Shown one piece after another: positions 8,727-16,327 of a DNA stretch of 64,000 nt. The stretch covers positions 11,655 through 75,654 of the forward strand of contig PEZT01000016.1 in assembly GCA_002773945.1 (NCBI GenBank), given 5' to 3'. The stretch comes from Candidatus Beckwithbacteria bacterium CG10_big_fil_rev_8_21_14_0_10_34_10 (GTDB lineage Bacteria > Patescibacteriota > Microgenomatia > UBA1400). The position numbers were made by a program, and so were the translations under genes. The notes under the pieces are model-generated. The model made no database searches. It was not told the origin of the DNA and saw nothing but the letters and a program-made list of their open reading frames with translations. Position 1 is the stretch's first letter. Each line of letters opens with the position of its first letter.

Positions 8727-9470
8727 TTATTCTCTTAAACCAATTAAACTGGCAAACCGGCCTTTTTTCTCCTTATTCTTTAACTCCCGAAAATGGGAAA
8801 AATAGTTTTTAGAACAACAGGTACAAATCTCATTTACCTCTATATTATCCCTTTTTATCCCTAAACTTTGCAACTTGCTGACTAAAAAACTACTTAAGTC
8901 TAAAGAAACCAAACCATTTCTCTCTTTTTTGATAAAATCTTTCCATTCTGGCAATTTACTTTGAACTAATGATCTGTGTCTAAAACAGCAGGCTTTAATT
9001 CCAGGACCTAGAGCCACAATAATATCTTTAAGGTTTGAATTAAACTCAGTCGCCATTAAAAAAAGAGTTTCTAAAAATATTTTCTCAATTGCTCCCCGCC
9101 AGCCAAGATGAACCATGGCAATTACCTTGTTTTTAGGATCATAAAAAAAGACGGGCAGGCAATCAGCGGTTTTTACCATCAAAAAAACATTTCTCTTATT
9201 AGTAACAAGGCCATCAGTTGAAGCAATCGGCTTAATAATTGATTTAACTGTTTTTATTATTTTAACCTGACTGCCATGAACCTGATCCATTTCTATAATC
9301 TGGTTTAAATTAATTTTAAGACTCTTAGCTATTTTCTGCCTGTTTTTTAAAACTTCTTTTTTTAAGCCATATTTATAGGAAACATTACCAAAGCTCCTGG
9401 GGAAAACAGCCGCCGTAAGATGACTAAACTTTTTTAACTTTTTAAACTGAAGAAATTCATTTTTACTCAT
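8727..9470 (-). CDS. pgeF: YfiH/PgeF family (peptidoglycan editing factor / purine nucleoside phosphorylase, DUF152)
   Basis: VKTADCLPVFFYDP...MVHLGWRGAIEKI...ACCFRH; the conserved C / H..GWRG / C..H metal-site pattern of YfiH. Confidence 0.8.
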   Translation of the reverse strand: MSKNEFLQFKKLKKFSHLTAAVFPRSFGNVSYKYGLKKEVLKNRQKIAKSLKINLNQIIEMDQVHGSQVKIIKTVKSIIKPIASTDGLVTNKRNVFLMVKTADCLPVFFYDPKNKVIAMVHLGWRGAIEKIFLETLFLMATEFNSNLKDIIVALGPGIKACCFRHRSLVQSKLPEWKDFIKKERNGLVSLDLSSFLVSKLQSLGIKRDNIEVNEICTCCSKNYFSHFRELKNKEKKGRFASLIGLRE

Positions 9471-9473
9471 TGA

Positions 9474-10220
9474 CTAATAAACTCTAGTCTTCATCAAACT
9501 CTCAGCTTTTTTAAGCTGATCTTTAGTATTAATTCCTTGAAAATATTCCCCCTTAGAAACCTTTAAACTCCCAACTTTCTTATTTTTCTTAATGGCCAAA
9601 CTAACAATATCCGTCAAGTAGTATTCTTTTTTAATCGGGTCTTTTTTTATTAACCTTAAATATTTTTTTATAAACTCGACTTTAAAACAATAACAGCCAG
9701 TGTTAATTTCTTTAATTTTCTTTTGGGTGGCAGTAGTACTTTTTTCCTCAATAATACCTTTTAGCTTCCCTTTTTCATCTCTTATAATTCTTCCCAAGCC
9801 AAAAGGGTTTTTTTTAACAACAGTTAAAATAGACAAGTCTTTTTTATTTAATAAATGATATTTTAAAAGCCTTTTAATCACTCCAGAAGGATAAAAAGCC
9901 GTATCATCAGAATAACAGACAAAAATATTTTTCGTTTTTAGGGGAATTTCTTTTAAGGCGCATTTTAAGGCGTGCGCAGTTCCCAGTCTTCTTCTTTGGT
10001 CAACATAAATTAGCTTTTTTCCAAAATATTTAATGATTGAGTCTTTTTTAAAACCAACTACTAGAAGAATTTTTTCAAGTCCCACATTATTTAAAAGATC
10101 AATTGTATAGCCAATCATGGGCTTGCCTGCCAAAGGATACATGACTTTGTTTATATTCCGGGCATTAATTCTAGAGCCTTTGCCAGCCGCTAAAACAACG
10201 GCCATCATATTCTTAATCAT
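9474..10220 (-). CDS. sugar-1-phosphate nucleotidyltransferase, stand-alone equivalent of the GlmU N-terminal (UDP-GlcNAc pyrophosphorylase) domain
   Basis: AVVLAAGKGSRI...LAGKPM...QRRRLGTAHAL...EINTGCYCF...EYYLTDIV aligns block by block to the E. coli GlmU N-domain (ILAAGKGTRM / QAEQLGTGHAM / EINTGILV / EFYITDII). 248 aa with no LbH repeats. Confidence 0.8.
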   Translation of the reverse strand: MIKNMMAVVLAAGKGSRINARNINKVMYPLAGKPMIGYTIDLLNNVGLEKILLVVGFKKDSIIKYFGKKLIYVDQRRRLGTAHALKCALKEIPLKTKNIFVCYSDDTAFYPSGVIKRLLKYHLLNKKDLSILTVVKKNPFGLGRIIRDEKGKLKGIIEEKSTTATQKKIKEINTGCYCFKVEFIKKYLRLIKKDPIKKEYYLTDIVSLAIKKNKKVGSLKVSKGEYFQGINTKDQLKKAESLMKTRVY

Positions 10221-10756
10221 AGTTTATTTATCTCTCTAAAACTTGTTATTATTAAATCAGGTTTAAATAAAATATTTTCTAAATGGTTTTTTTCATCCTT
10301 TTTTTTATTCCGCCAGACCAAAACAGTTTTTATTGTACCATTTATTGATTTGGCTGTCTTTAGGTTTTCTAACTTATCATCAAAATACCAAATTTCCAAA
10401 TCAGGGGGAATCTTTTGGAAAATATTTTTTAGCTTTTTTGCTTTTGGAGGTGAAAAAATATAGGAGTTTTTAGAACTAAAGAATTTATTAAGCCCAGAAG
10501 CTTTAAGTTTATATCGCTGTCCCCTGATATCTCCTTGAGAAAATAGATAAATCTTATTTCCTTTTTTCAACCAACCATTAAGCTTAGGGTAAACATCTTT
10601 ATACACTAGATCCTGAGGTTCAATTTCTGTCCAATTAATTCTTTTAACTATTTTTAAACAAAAAGGTTCACCCTTTTTATATCCCTTATCTATCCTTTTT
10701 AAAAAATCGGTATTAAATAAAACTCTGTCTAAATCAAAAATTAAAGCTTTTTTCAT
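10217..10756 (-). CDS. HAD-superfamily small phosphatase (capless, GmhB/KdsC-sized)
   Basis: Motif I FDLDRVLF (DxDxV), motif IV YFDDKLENL; 179 aa; ATGA start/stop overlaps with both neighbours. Confidence 0.55.
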   Translation of the reverse strand: MKKALIFDLDRVLFNTDFLKRIDKGYKKGEPFCLKIVKRINWTEIEPQDLVYKDVYPKLNGWLKKGNKIYLFSQGDIRGQRYKLKASGLNKFFSSKNSYIFSPPKAKKLKNIFQKIPPDLEIWYFDDKLENLKTAKSINGTIKTVLVWRNKKKDEKNHLENILFKPDLIITSFREINKL

Positions 10757-11376
10757 AGATTTGGTTTTAAAATTGAATTACTGGAATAAAATCCTGGTTT
10801 TGGATTATATAAGGGATAAACTAAACAACTTTTTCCTAAAACAGTTCCTGGGTTTAAACAACAATTTATTCCCAGTTGGCTATTATCACCAATAATGGCT
10901 CCAAATTTTCTAAAGCCTGTAGAAATAAGTTTTTCCTTGTCCTTAATTTTTATTTCTTTTTTATCAAACCTGAAATTGGCTATTTTACTCCCGCCGCCAA
11001 AATTAACCTTGTTTCCAATCAGGCTATCACTAATATAATTAAAGTGTTTGGCAGAAGACCTGGACATAATAATGGAGTTTTTAATTTCACTCCTGCCTAA
11101 TTTACAATTGTCACCAATAATGACGGGTCCTCTTAAATAAGTAAAGGGTCCAATTTGACAATTAGAACCTATAATAACCTGGCCTTCAATTTGAACTGTT
11201 TTATCAATTATTGACTGAGCACCAACAAGAATTTTCTTTTTACTGGATTTCAGCTTTTGGCTAACATATTTATCCAGCTTTGCTAAGGCTTGCCAGGGAA
11301 AAATAATGTTTTTAAAAATTTCTATTTCTGAAAATTTTTTTAAATCAAAAAAATAGGGGGTCTTAGGAAACTTCAT
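10753..11376 (-). CDS. left-handed beta-helix acetyltransferase, stand-alone equivalent of the GlmU C-terminal (GlcN-1-P N-acetyltransferase) domain
   Basis: Hexapeptide repeats IIGSNCQIGPFTYLRGPVIIGDNCKLG...SAKHFNYISDSLIGNKVNFGGGSKIANF...AIIGDNSQLGINCCLNPGTVLG, comparable to GlmU [30 protein letters not shown]. Confidence 0.7.
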   Translation of the reverse strand: MKFPKTPYFFDLKKFSEIEIFKNIIFPWQALAKLDKYVSQKLKSSKKKILVGAQSIIDKTVQIEGQVIIGSNCQIGPFTYLRGPVIIGDNCKLGRSEIKNSIIMSRSSAKHFNYISDSLIGNKVNFGGGSKIANFRFDKKEIKIKDKEKLISTGFRKFGAIIGDNSQLGINCCLNPGTVLGKSCLVYPLYNPKPGFYSSNSILKPNL

Positions 11377-12587
11377 TTTTTAAGCCTTTCTTTTAAAGCT
11401 TTGGTAACTGCTTTTTTATCAGACCAGGGGATTTCTTTTGTCCCAAAACACATTGATTCTTCATGACCTTTTCCAAAAATACCGACAAGGTCTTTTCTAC
11501 CAGCCATTTTAATAGCTAAATTAATAGCTTTCTGTCTATCTTTTTCAATTATTAATTTATTTTTGTCTTGACAACCCGAGCTTATTTCTTTAATAATTTT
11601 ATCCAAGCTTTCAGTCCGAGGATCTTCAGCTGTTAAGACTACTTTATCAGCCAGATTACAGGCAATTTTTCCCATCATTGGTCTTTTTTCTCGATCCCTT
11701 AAGCCAGCCGAGCCAAAAACTGCTATTAATCGGCCCTTTTTATCAATTCTTAAGGTTTTCAGGACGTTTTCCAAAGCATTAGGTGTATGAGCAAAATCAA
11801 CCATCACTTTAAAGTTTTGACCTAGGTAAATTTCCTCCATCCGACCTTCAACTCCTTTAAAATTACTTACCGCCCTTAAAATATTTTTATTAGGAATCTT
11901 TAGGATTTTTCCAACACTAATAGCCGCCAAACAATTAGCCAGATTAAAATTGCCTTTTAAATTAGTTTTAAATTGGTAGTTCAAAAGGTTATAGTCACCT
12001 TTTTTAAGTCCGTAAGAAATGATTCTCCCTAAAGATTGGCTTTTAAAATCCTCAAAACTTTGATCATCAATATTTAAAACTGAAAAACCGCTTTTTTTAA
12101 ACAGCTTGGCTTTAGCTTTAAGATAATTTTCTTTAGTCTTGTGATAATCCAAATGCTCATGAGAAACATTAGTTAAAACCGATATCTTAAAGTCGATTCC
12201 TAAAAAACGATACTGGTCCAGACCATGAGAAGTCACTTCTAAAACTAAGTATTCATAGCCTTTATTTAAGATGAGTTTAAGAATTTTTTGTAATTTCCAA
12301 GGATCTGGTGAAGTTACATGGAGGCCGGTGGAGAGATTCTGATCACCAATTTTGGCGGAAACTGTGGTTATTAAAGCAGTTTTGTAATTAGCTTTTTTTA
12401 AAATTTCGTAAATTAGCGTGCTTGTGGTTGTTTTGCCGTCAGTCCCAGTCACCCCAATAATCTTTAATTTTTTCCCGGGAAAGCGGTAATACAAAGCCGC
12501 TAAAAATGCCATAGGTAAATGGTAAAAAGTATTAATTACTTTCTGGGAAATTAAATTTTTTAAAAAACTAATTAATTTTTTTATCAT
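11373..12587 (-). CDS. murE: UDP-MurNAc-L-Ala-D-Glu--2,6-diaminopimelate (or L-Lys) ligase with a shortened N-terminal domain
   Basis: IIGVTGTDGKTTTS...LEVTSHGLDQYRF...TNVSHEHLDYHKT, comparable to E. coli MurE GVTGTNGKTTT / EVSSHGLVQHRV / NLSRDHLDYHG. Only about 40 aa precede the P-loop; 404 aa. Confidence 0.8.
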   Translation of the reverse strand: MIKKLISFLKNLISQKVINTFYHLPMAFLAALYYRFPGKKLKIIGVTGTDGKTTTSTLIYEILKKANYKTALITTVSAKIGDQNLSTGLHVTSPDPWKLQKILKLILNKGYEYLVLEVTSHGLDQYRFLGIDFKISVLTNVSHEHLDYHKTKENYLKAKAKLFKKSGFSVLNIDDQSFEDFKSQSLGRIISYGLKKGDYNLLNYQFKTNLKGNFNLANCLAAISVGKILKIPNKNILRAVSNFKGVEGRMEEIYLGQNFKVMVDFAHTPNALENVLKTLRIDKKGRLIAVFGSAGLRDREKRPMMGKIACNLADKVVLTAEDPRTESLDKIIKEISSGCQDKNKLIIEKDRQKAINLAIKMAGRKDLVGIFGKGHEESMCFGTKEIPWSDKKAVTKALKERLKK

Positions 12588-12628
12588 TTTTTATGTTAAT
12601 AAAAAATTAAATTGAATTGTATTTAATT

Positions 12629-12661
12629 TAATATAATATTCTTATTAAGAATATTATATAA
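12629..12661. promoter_or_regulatory. 33-bp near-perfect inverted repeat (16-1-16) in the 82-bp ftsI-murE intergenic spacer
   Basis: TAATATAATATTCTTA-T-TAAGAATATTATATTA, read directly from the sequence; all A/T except two C/G pairs. Confidence 0.4.
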
Positions 12662-12669
12662 CAACTAGG

Positions 12670-14424
12670 CTAACTTGGAGGAATTCCATAATATAGTAAA
12701 AGTTCTTTAGTAATGGAAAAAAATAAAGGGGCGGCTGTTTCTGATCCCCAAGGAGATGAGCTTGGTTCTCTTAATTTAACTAACATTACAAATTTAGGTT
12801 CTTTGGCCGGGGCAAAACCTACAAAAGAAGCAATTGTTTTTTCTGTATCATAGTGTCCAGCGACTGGAATCTGGGCCGTACCCGTTTTACCGGCCACCTG
12901 ATAGCCTTTTATTTTTAACCACTTTGTTTCTCCTTTTTCCACTGCCTGAACCATCATTTCAGTTATTATCTTGGCTGTTTTTGGCTTAATTACTTCTCTT
13001 AATACTTCTGGCTCAATTTTTATTCTCTCACCTGAAGAAATTATTTCCTTGACTACCTGAGGCTTCATTAGTTTGCCGCCATTAGCAATCGCTCCAGTGG
13101 CTCTTAAAAGCTGAGTCCCACTAACCGCTAAACCCTGACCAAAAGAAGCCGTCGCTAAATCAACATTGTTCCAAAAACTCTTATCTTTTAAAAGCGCTTC
13201 TGTTTCTCCCTGAAGATCAATCTCTGTTAAACTACCAAAACCAAAATCAGTTAAATACTGAAAAAAATCATCCAGGCCAAGCTTCCGCGAAACAAAAACC
13301 ATTCCTAAATTATCTGAGTTCTGAATCACCTTGTCCATGGTGGAATCAGGATGATATTTTTCATCCCAGGTTTTAATTTCATATTTATCAATCTTTAAAG
13401 GCTTATCACAAATATCGCACTTGGTATTACTTTTGACTACCTCTTTATCTAGGGCAGCAGCCATCACAAAAATCTTGAAAGTTGAACCTGGCTCATATGA
13501 ATCAGAAATAAGATCATTTATAAACTTATCTTTATCAAAGAGATAATATTTCTTAGGATCAAAACTGGGGTAATTGGCTAAAGCAATCACTCCTCCTGTC
13601 CAGGGATCCATAATCATAACTGAACCTGATTTAGCCCCATATTTTTCCACGGCTTTTTCAAGCTTTTCTTCAACCATAAATTGAATTGACCGATTGAGAT
13701 GAAGGACCAAATTTTGGCCATCTTTTTTTTCCTGACTGAAAAAAGAACCAATTAAAATCGGTTTGTTAGCCGCATCAGTTTCTTGAGTTAAAAGACCTTG
13801 TCTGCCCCTAAGCTCATTATCATAATAGCCTTCCAAGCCAAAATAGCCGGTGTCTTGTCCGGCTTCATTTTTTCCCAAAAAACCTAAAAGATGAGCCGCC
13901 ATAGAAGCTTCAGGATAATAACGGATTTGCTCCTCTTCAAAACCCAAACCTTTAAGCTTCAAATCTTCTATTTTTTCTTTATCTTCCTTAAGGATCTTAT
14001 GTTTAAGAATCACCCAGGATAAATTATCCAACTGAAGTTTTTCTAAAAGATTTTCCTCTTCTTTTTTGATTAAATCCTTTTTCAAGGGCTTTTTTTTACC
14101 CTCTTGACTGGCTTCCTCTTCAAAAAAAGTAAAAGGGGCTAATTTTAAAGCTATCTCTTTTACTGGTTTATTAATTTCTCTTAAAGAAGTAAAAAGCAAA
14201 TAAGCGGTTTTATTACTGGCTAAAGGAAAGTTGTCACTGGCTAGAATTTCCCCTCTTTTAGACTGGATCTCTTTTTCAGAATAATATTGGTTTTTGGCTA
14301 AATTAGCCAGACTTTCTCGGGCTAAAACCTGCCAATAAAAAAGCCGGGAAATAATTGCTATAAAAAGAAGGATAAAAATAATCTTCAGGCTTTGTAAGCG
14401 CCAAAAAAAAGGCGGTTTTTTCAT
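12670..14424 (-). CDS. ftsI: penicillin-binding protein, class B transpeptidase (FtsI/PBP2-like)
   Basis: N-terminal transmembrane segment; STFK (SxxK), SDN (NSDNLG) and KTGTA active-site triad; position directly after ftsL in an mraZ-rsmH-ftsL cluster. Confidence 0.85.
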   Translation of the reverse strand: MKKPPFFWRLQSLKIIFILLFIAIISRLFYWQVLARESLANLAKNQYYSEKEIQSKRGEILASDNFPLASNKTAYLLFTSLREINKPVKEIALKLAPFTFFEEEASQEGKKKPLKKDLIKKEEENLLEKLQLDNLSWVILKHKILKEDKEKIEDLKLKGLGFEEEQIRYYPEASMAAHLLGFLGKNEAGQDTGYFGLEGYYDNELRGRQGLLTQETDAANKPILIGSFFSQEKKDGQNLVLHLNRSIQFMVEEKLEKAVEKYGAKSGSVMIMDPWTGGVIALANYPSFDPKKYYLFDKDKFINDLISDSYEPGSTFKIFVMAAALDKEVVKSNTKCDICDKPLKIDKYEIKTWDEKYHPDSTMDKVIQNSDNLGMVFVSRKLGLDDFFQYLTDFGFGSLTEIDLQGETEALLKDKSFWNNVDLATASFGQGLAVSGTQLLRATGAIANGGKLMKPQVVKEIISSGERIKIEPEVLREVIKPKTAKIITEMMVQAVEKGETKWLKIKGYQVAGKTGTAQIPVAGHYDTEKTIASFVGFAPAKEPKFVMLVKLREPSSSPWGSETAAPLFFSITKELLLYYGIPPS

Positions 14425-14810
14425 TAGGGATTAAGAGCGACTGGAACTTTACTGCTTAGATTTTTAACCATTGGATTTTTATTAAAACCTTTTTCTAAAG
14501 CCATATCTTCTAGTTTAGCCAAGCCGCCTCTTGAAGCGGTCTCACTTTTTACCTGGCTGTTTCTTTCCTCAATTAAGGCTATTTCTTTTTCAATTAGTTT
14601 TAAGTTCCTACCATAAGTCGCCAACCGATTAGAAAGGTAAATTTGGGCCAGAGATAAAATCGCCACTAAAACAAAAGGCAGAAAATATAACAAGTTGCCT
14701 TTGGTTATATTTTTACTGCTACCCTTAGCTTGGCGCTTCTTGAGCGTCGATTTTCTTCCCGCTCCTTTAGAGTGGGAACAACCACCTTTTTGGTTAAAAT
14801 CTGTAAGCAC
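14424..14810 (-). CDS. ftsL: FtsL-like cell-division protein (single TM plus coiled coil). The true start is probably internal, possibly a TTG near 14700.
   Basis: LLYFLPFVLVAILSLAQIYLSN followed by KLIEKEIALIEERNSQVKSE; the listed 5' end overlaps the rsmH 3' end by about 100 nt in another frame; position between rsmH and ftsI. Confidence 0.6.
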   Translation of the reverse strand: MLTDFNQKGGCSHSKGAGRKSTLKKRQAKGSSKNITKGNLLYFLPFVLVAILSLAQIYLSNRLATYGRNLKLIEKEIALIEERNSQVKSETASRGGLAKLEDMALEKGFNKNPMVKNLSSKVPVALNP

Positions 14811-15634
14811 TTTTCAGTTTCTCCTTTTTTAAAATAATTTTTAACTATTTTATCTTCTAAACCGTGAAAGCTTATAACTACTAACCGGCCACCTGATTCT
14901 AATACCCTGGCCGCTTGTTTTAATCCCTTTTTTAAATTGTTTAACTCATCATTAACAGCTATTCTTAGACTTAAAAAAACTTTAGTCGCCGGGTGAATCT
15001 TGCTTCTCCCCCTGTATTTCCGCCAATATACTTTTTTGACAATCTCCGCTAGTTGTCTAGTAGTCCTAATTGGCTCTCTTTTCCTATCCAAAACAACCGC
15101 TTTAGCAATTGGTAAAGAAAGTGGTTCTTCACCCATTTCAGAAAAAAGTTTAATAAGTTCTTTTTCATGTAAGCCATTTATTAAATCTCCTGCTTTAACT
15201 TTTAAACTCGGGTCCATCCGCATATCTAAAGATTCATCAATTTGAAAAGAAAACCCTCTTTCATCCGTCTCTAGCTGATGGGAGGAAACTCCTAAATCAA
15301 ACAGGATCCCGGAAACTTTAGAAATCTTATTTTTTTTAAGGATTTCCTCTAAATTAGCAAAGTTTCCCTGGCAAATAGTATAAGAAGCATTAGGGCAGAC
15401 ATTTTTAAAATGCTTCTTAACATATGCTATTGCCTCTGGGTCTTGGTCTAAGCCAAAAACATGACCTCCTTTCTTAATGATCCTTAAACTGTGACCACCG
15501 CCACCCAAAGTGGCATCTAGATAAAGCTTGCCTGGCTTTACCTTTAAAAATTCTACTGCTTCATTTAAAAGTACTGGCTGATGAAATAGTCTATTTTTGG
15601 TCACCTTCATCAAGCCTCTGACTAATTTTTTCAA
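14705..15634 (-). CDS. rsmH: 16S rRNA (cytosine1402-N4)-methyltransferase
   Basis: HQPVLLNEAVEFL...YLDATLGGGGHS...GILFDLGVSSHQLE...RLVVISFHGLEDKIVK. Confidence 0.9.
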   Translation of the reverse strand: MKKLVRGLMKVTKNRLFHQPVLLNEAVEFLKVKPGKLYLDATLGGGGHSLRIIKKGGHVFGLDQDPEAIAYVKKHFKNVCPNASYTICQGNFANLEEILKKNKISKVSGILFDLGVSSHQLETDERGFSFQIDESLDMRMDPSLKVKAGDLINGLHEKELIKLFSEMGEEPLSLPIAKAVVLDRKREPIRTTRQLAEIVKKVYWRKYRGRSKIHPATKVFLSLRIAVNDELNNLKKGLKQAARVLESGGRLVVISFHGLEDKIVKNYFKKGETEKCLQILTKKVVVPTLKEREENRRSRSAKLRVAVKI

Positions 15635-16028
15635 TATTTCCCTTTAAATATTCCTGATGTTCCTCCCAATCATTTAAATTCCACATTTCCACCCGGTTTC
15701 CCATGCCTACAAAAACAATCTGTTCTCCTAGTGAAGCATAAGAGCGCAAAGGGGGAGGCACAATAAATCTTCCCTGAGAATCAAGTTCAATTTCAAAAGC
15801 ATTGCCTAAAAGATACCGGTCTGTTTCTCGAGCGGCTCCAGAGATAAAAGGTTTATTAACAATCCCACCGGCTACCTTTTCCCAAGAAGAATATTTAACA
15901 ATCATTAAGGATTTTTCAAAACCGGCCGTAATAATGACTTTTTTACCTAGAAGTGAACGAAATTTAGCTGGTAAAGCTGTTCTTCCTTTATCTGAATCTA
16001 ATTTAGCTGAAAAATTACCGATTAACAT
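15591..16028 (-). CDS. mraZ: transcriptional regulator MraZ
   Basis: MLIGNFSAKLDSDKGRTALPAKFR... with a duplicated MraZ/SpoVT-AbrB-like half (second ELDSQGRFIVP); 145 aa. Confidence 0.9.
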   Translation of the reverse strand: MLIGNFSAKLDSDKGRTALPAKFRSLLGKKVIITAGFEKSLMIVKYSSWEKVAGGIVNKPFISGAARETDRYLLGNAFEIELDSQGRFIVPPPLRSYASLGEQIVFVGMGNRVEMWNLNDWEEHQEYLKGNIEKISQRLDEGDQK

Positions 16029-16032
16029 TGCT

Positions 16033-16057
16033 CCCCTTTACACCACTTTATTCCACT
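16033..16057 (-). promoter_or_regulatory. putative MraZ operator: three direct repeats at a 10-bp period immediately upstream of the mraZ start and overlapping its RBS
   Basis: Minus strand reads AGTGGaataaAGTGGtgtaaAGGGGagcaATG; this matches the GTGG-containing triple repeat bound by MraZ in other bacteria. Confidence 0.55.
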
Positions 16058-16064
16058 ATCATCC

Positions 16065-16093
16065 ATTTTTATATATTTTCACGGGCATGTCAA
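16065..16093 (-). promoter_or_regulatory. candidate sigma70-type promoter for the mraZ operon
   Basis: Perfect TTGACA (reverse complement of 16088-16093) followed 13-17 nt later by an A/T-rich block TATATAAAAAT containing several weak -10 candidates (TATAAA / TAAAAT); spacing is ambiguous. Confidence 0.3.
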
Positions 16094-16261
16094 GAGGGAA
16101 ATTAATTTAAATTGAAGTATTATAGAAAGATAGTTTCCCCATGTTAACGCGCTAATATTGCTCATTAAAAAAAAGAAGCGTCGCTATTGACACTCTTTTT
16201 AATAAACAATTAAATAAGATTATACTAAGAAGCTTCTCCTTAGTCAATACTATGGGTTAAT

Positions 16262-16327
16262 AAAAAAGGGTTATCTTAATTAACTAATACAAAGGTAGTT
16301 AGATTGTTAATAAGAGTAGAATAACCC
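16262..16327 (-). terminator. candidate intrinsic terminator after the 267-aa gene, which ends the glyQS-containing transcription unit
   Basis: Minus strand: imperfect hairpin GGGTTATTCTACTCTTATTAAC...GTTAATTAAGATAACCC followed by TTTTTT (plus 16262-16267 AAAAAA). Confidence 0.35.

Noticed and set aside
15802-16110. 102-aa plus-strand ORF overlapping mraZ antisense and running into the mraZ promoter region.
   Set aside because: It is antisense to a confident gene. The part in the intergenic region is better explained by the MraZ operator repeats and promoter on the other strand.
16183-16225. Plus-strand TTGACA at 16183-16188 with downstream TTAAAT / TATACT as a promoter for a plus-strand sRNA.
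   Set aside because: It would point into the 3' end of a minus-strand gene. No ORF or structured-RNA evidence is downstream, and such hexamers are frequent in AT-rich DNA.
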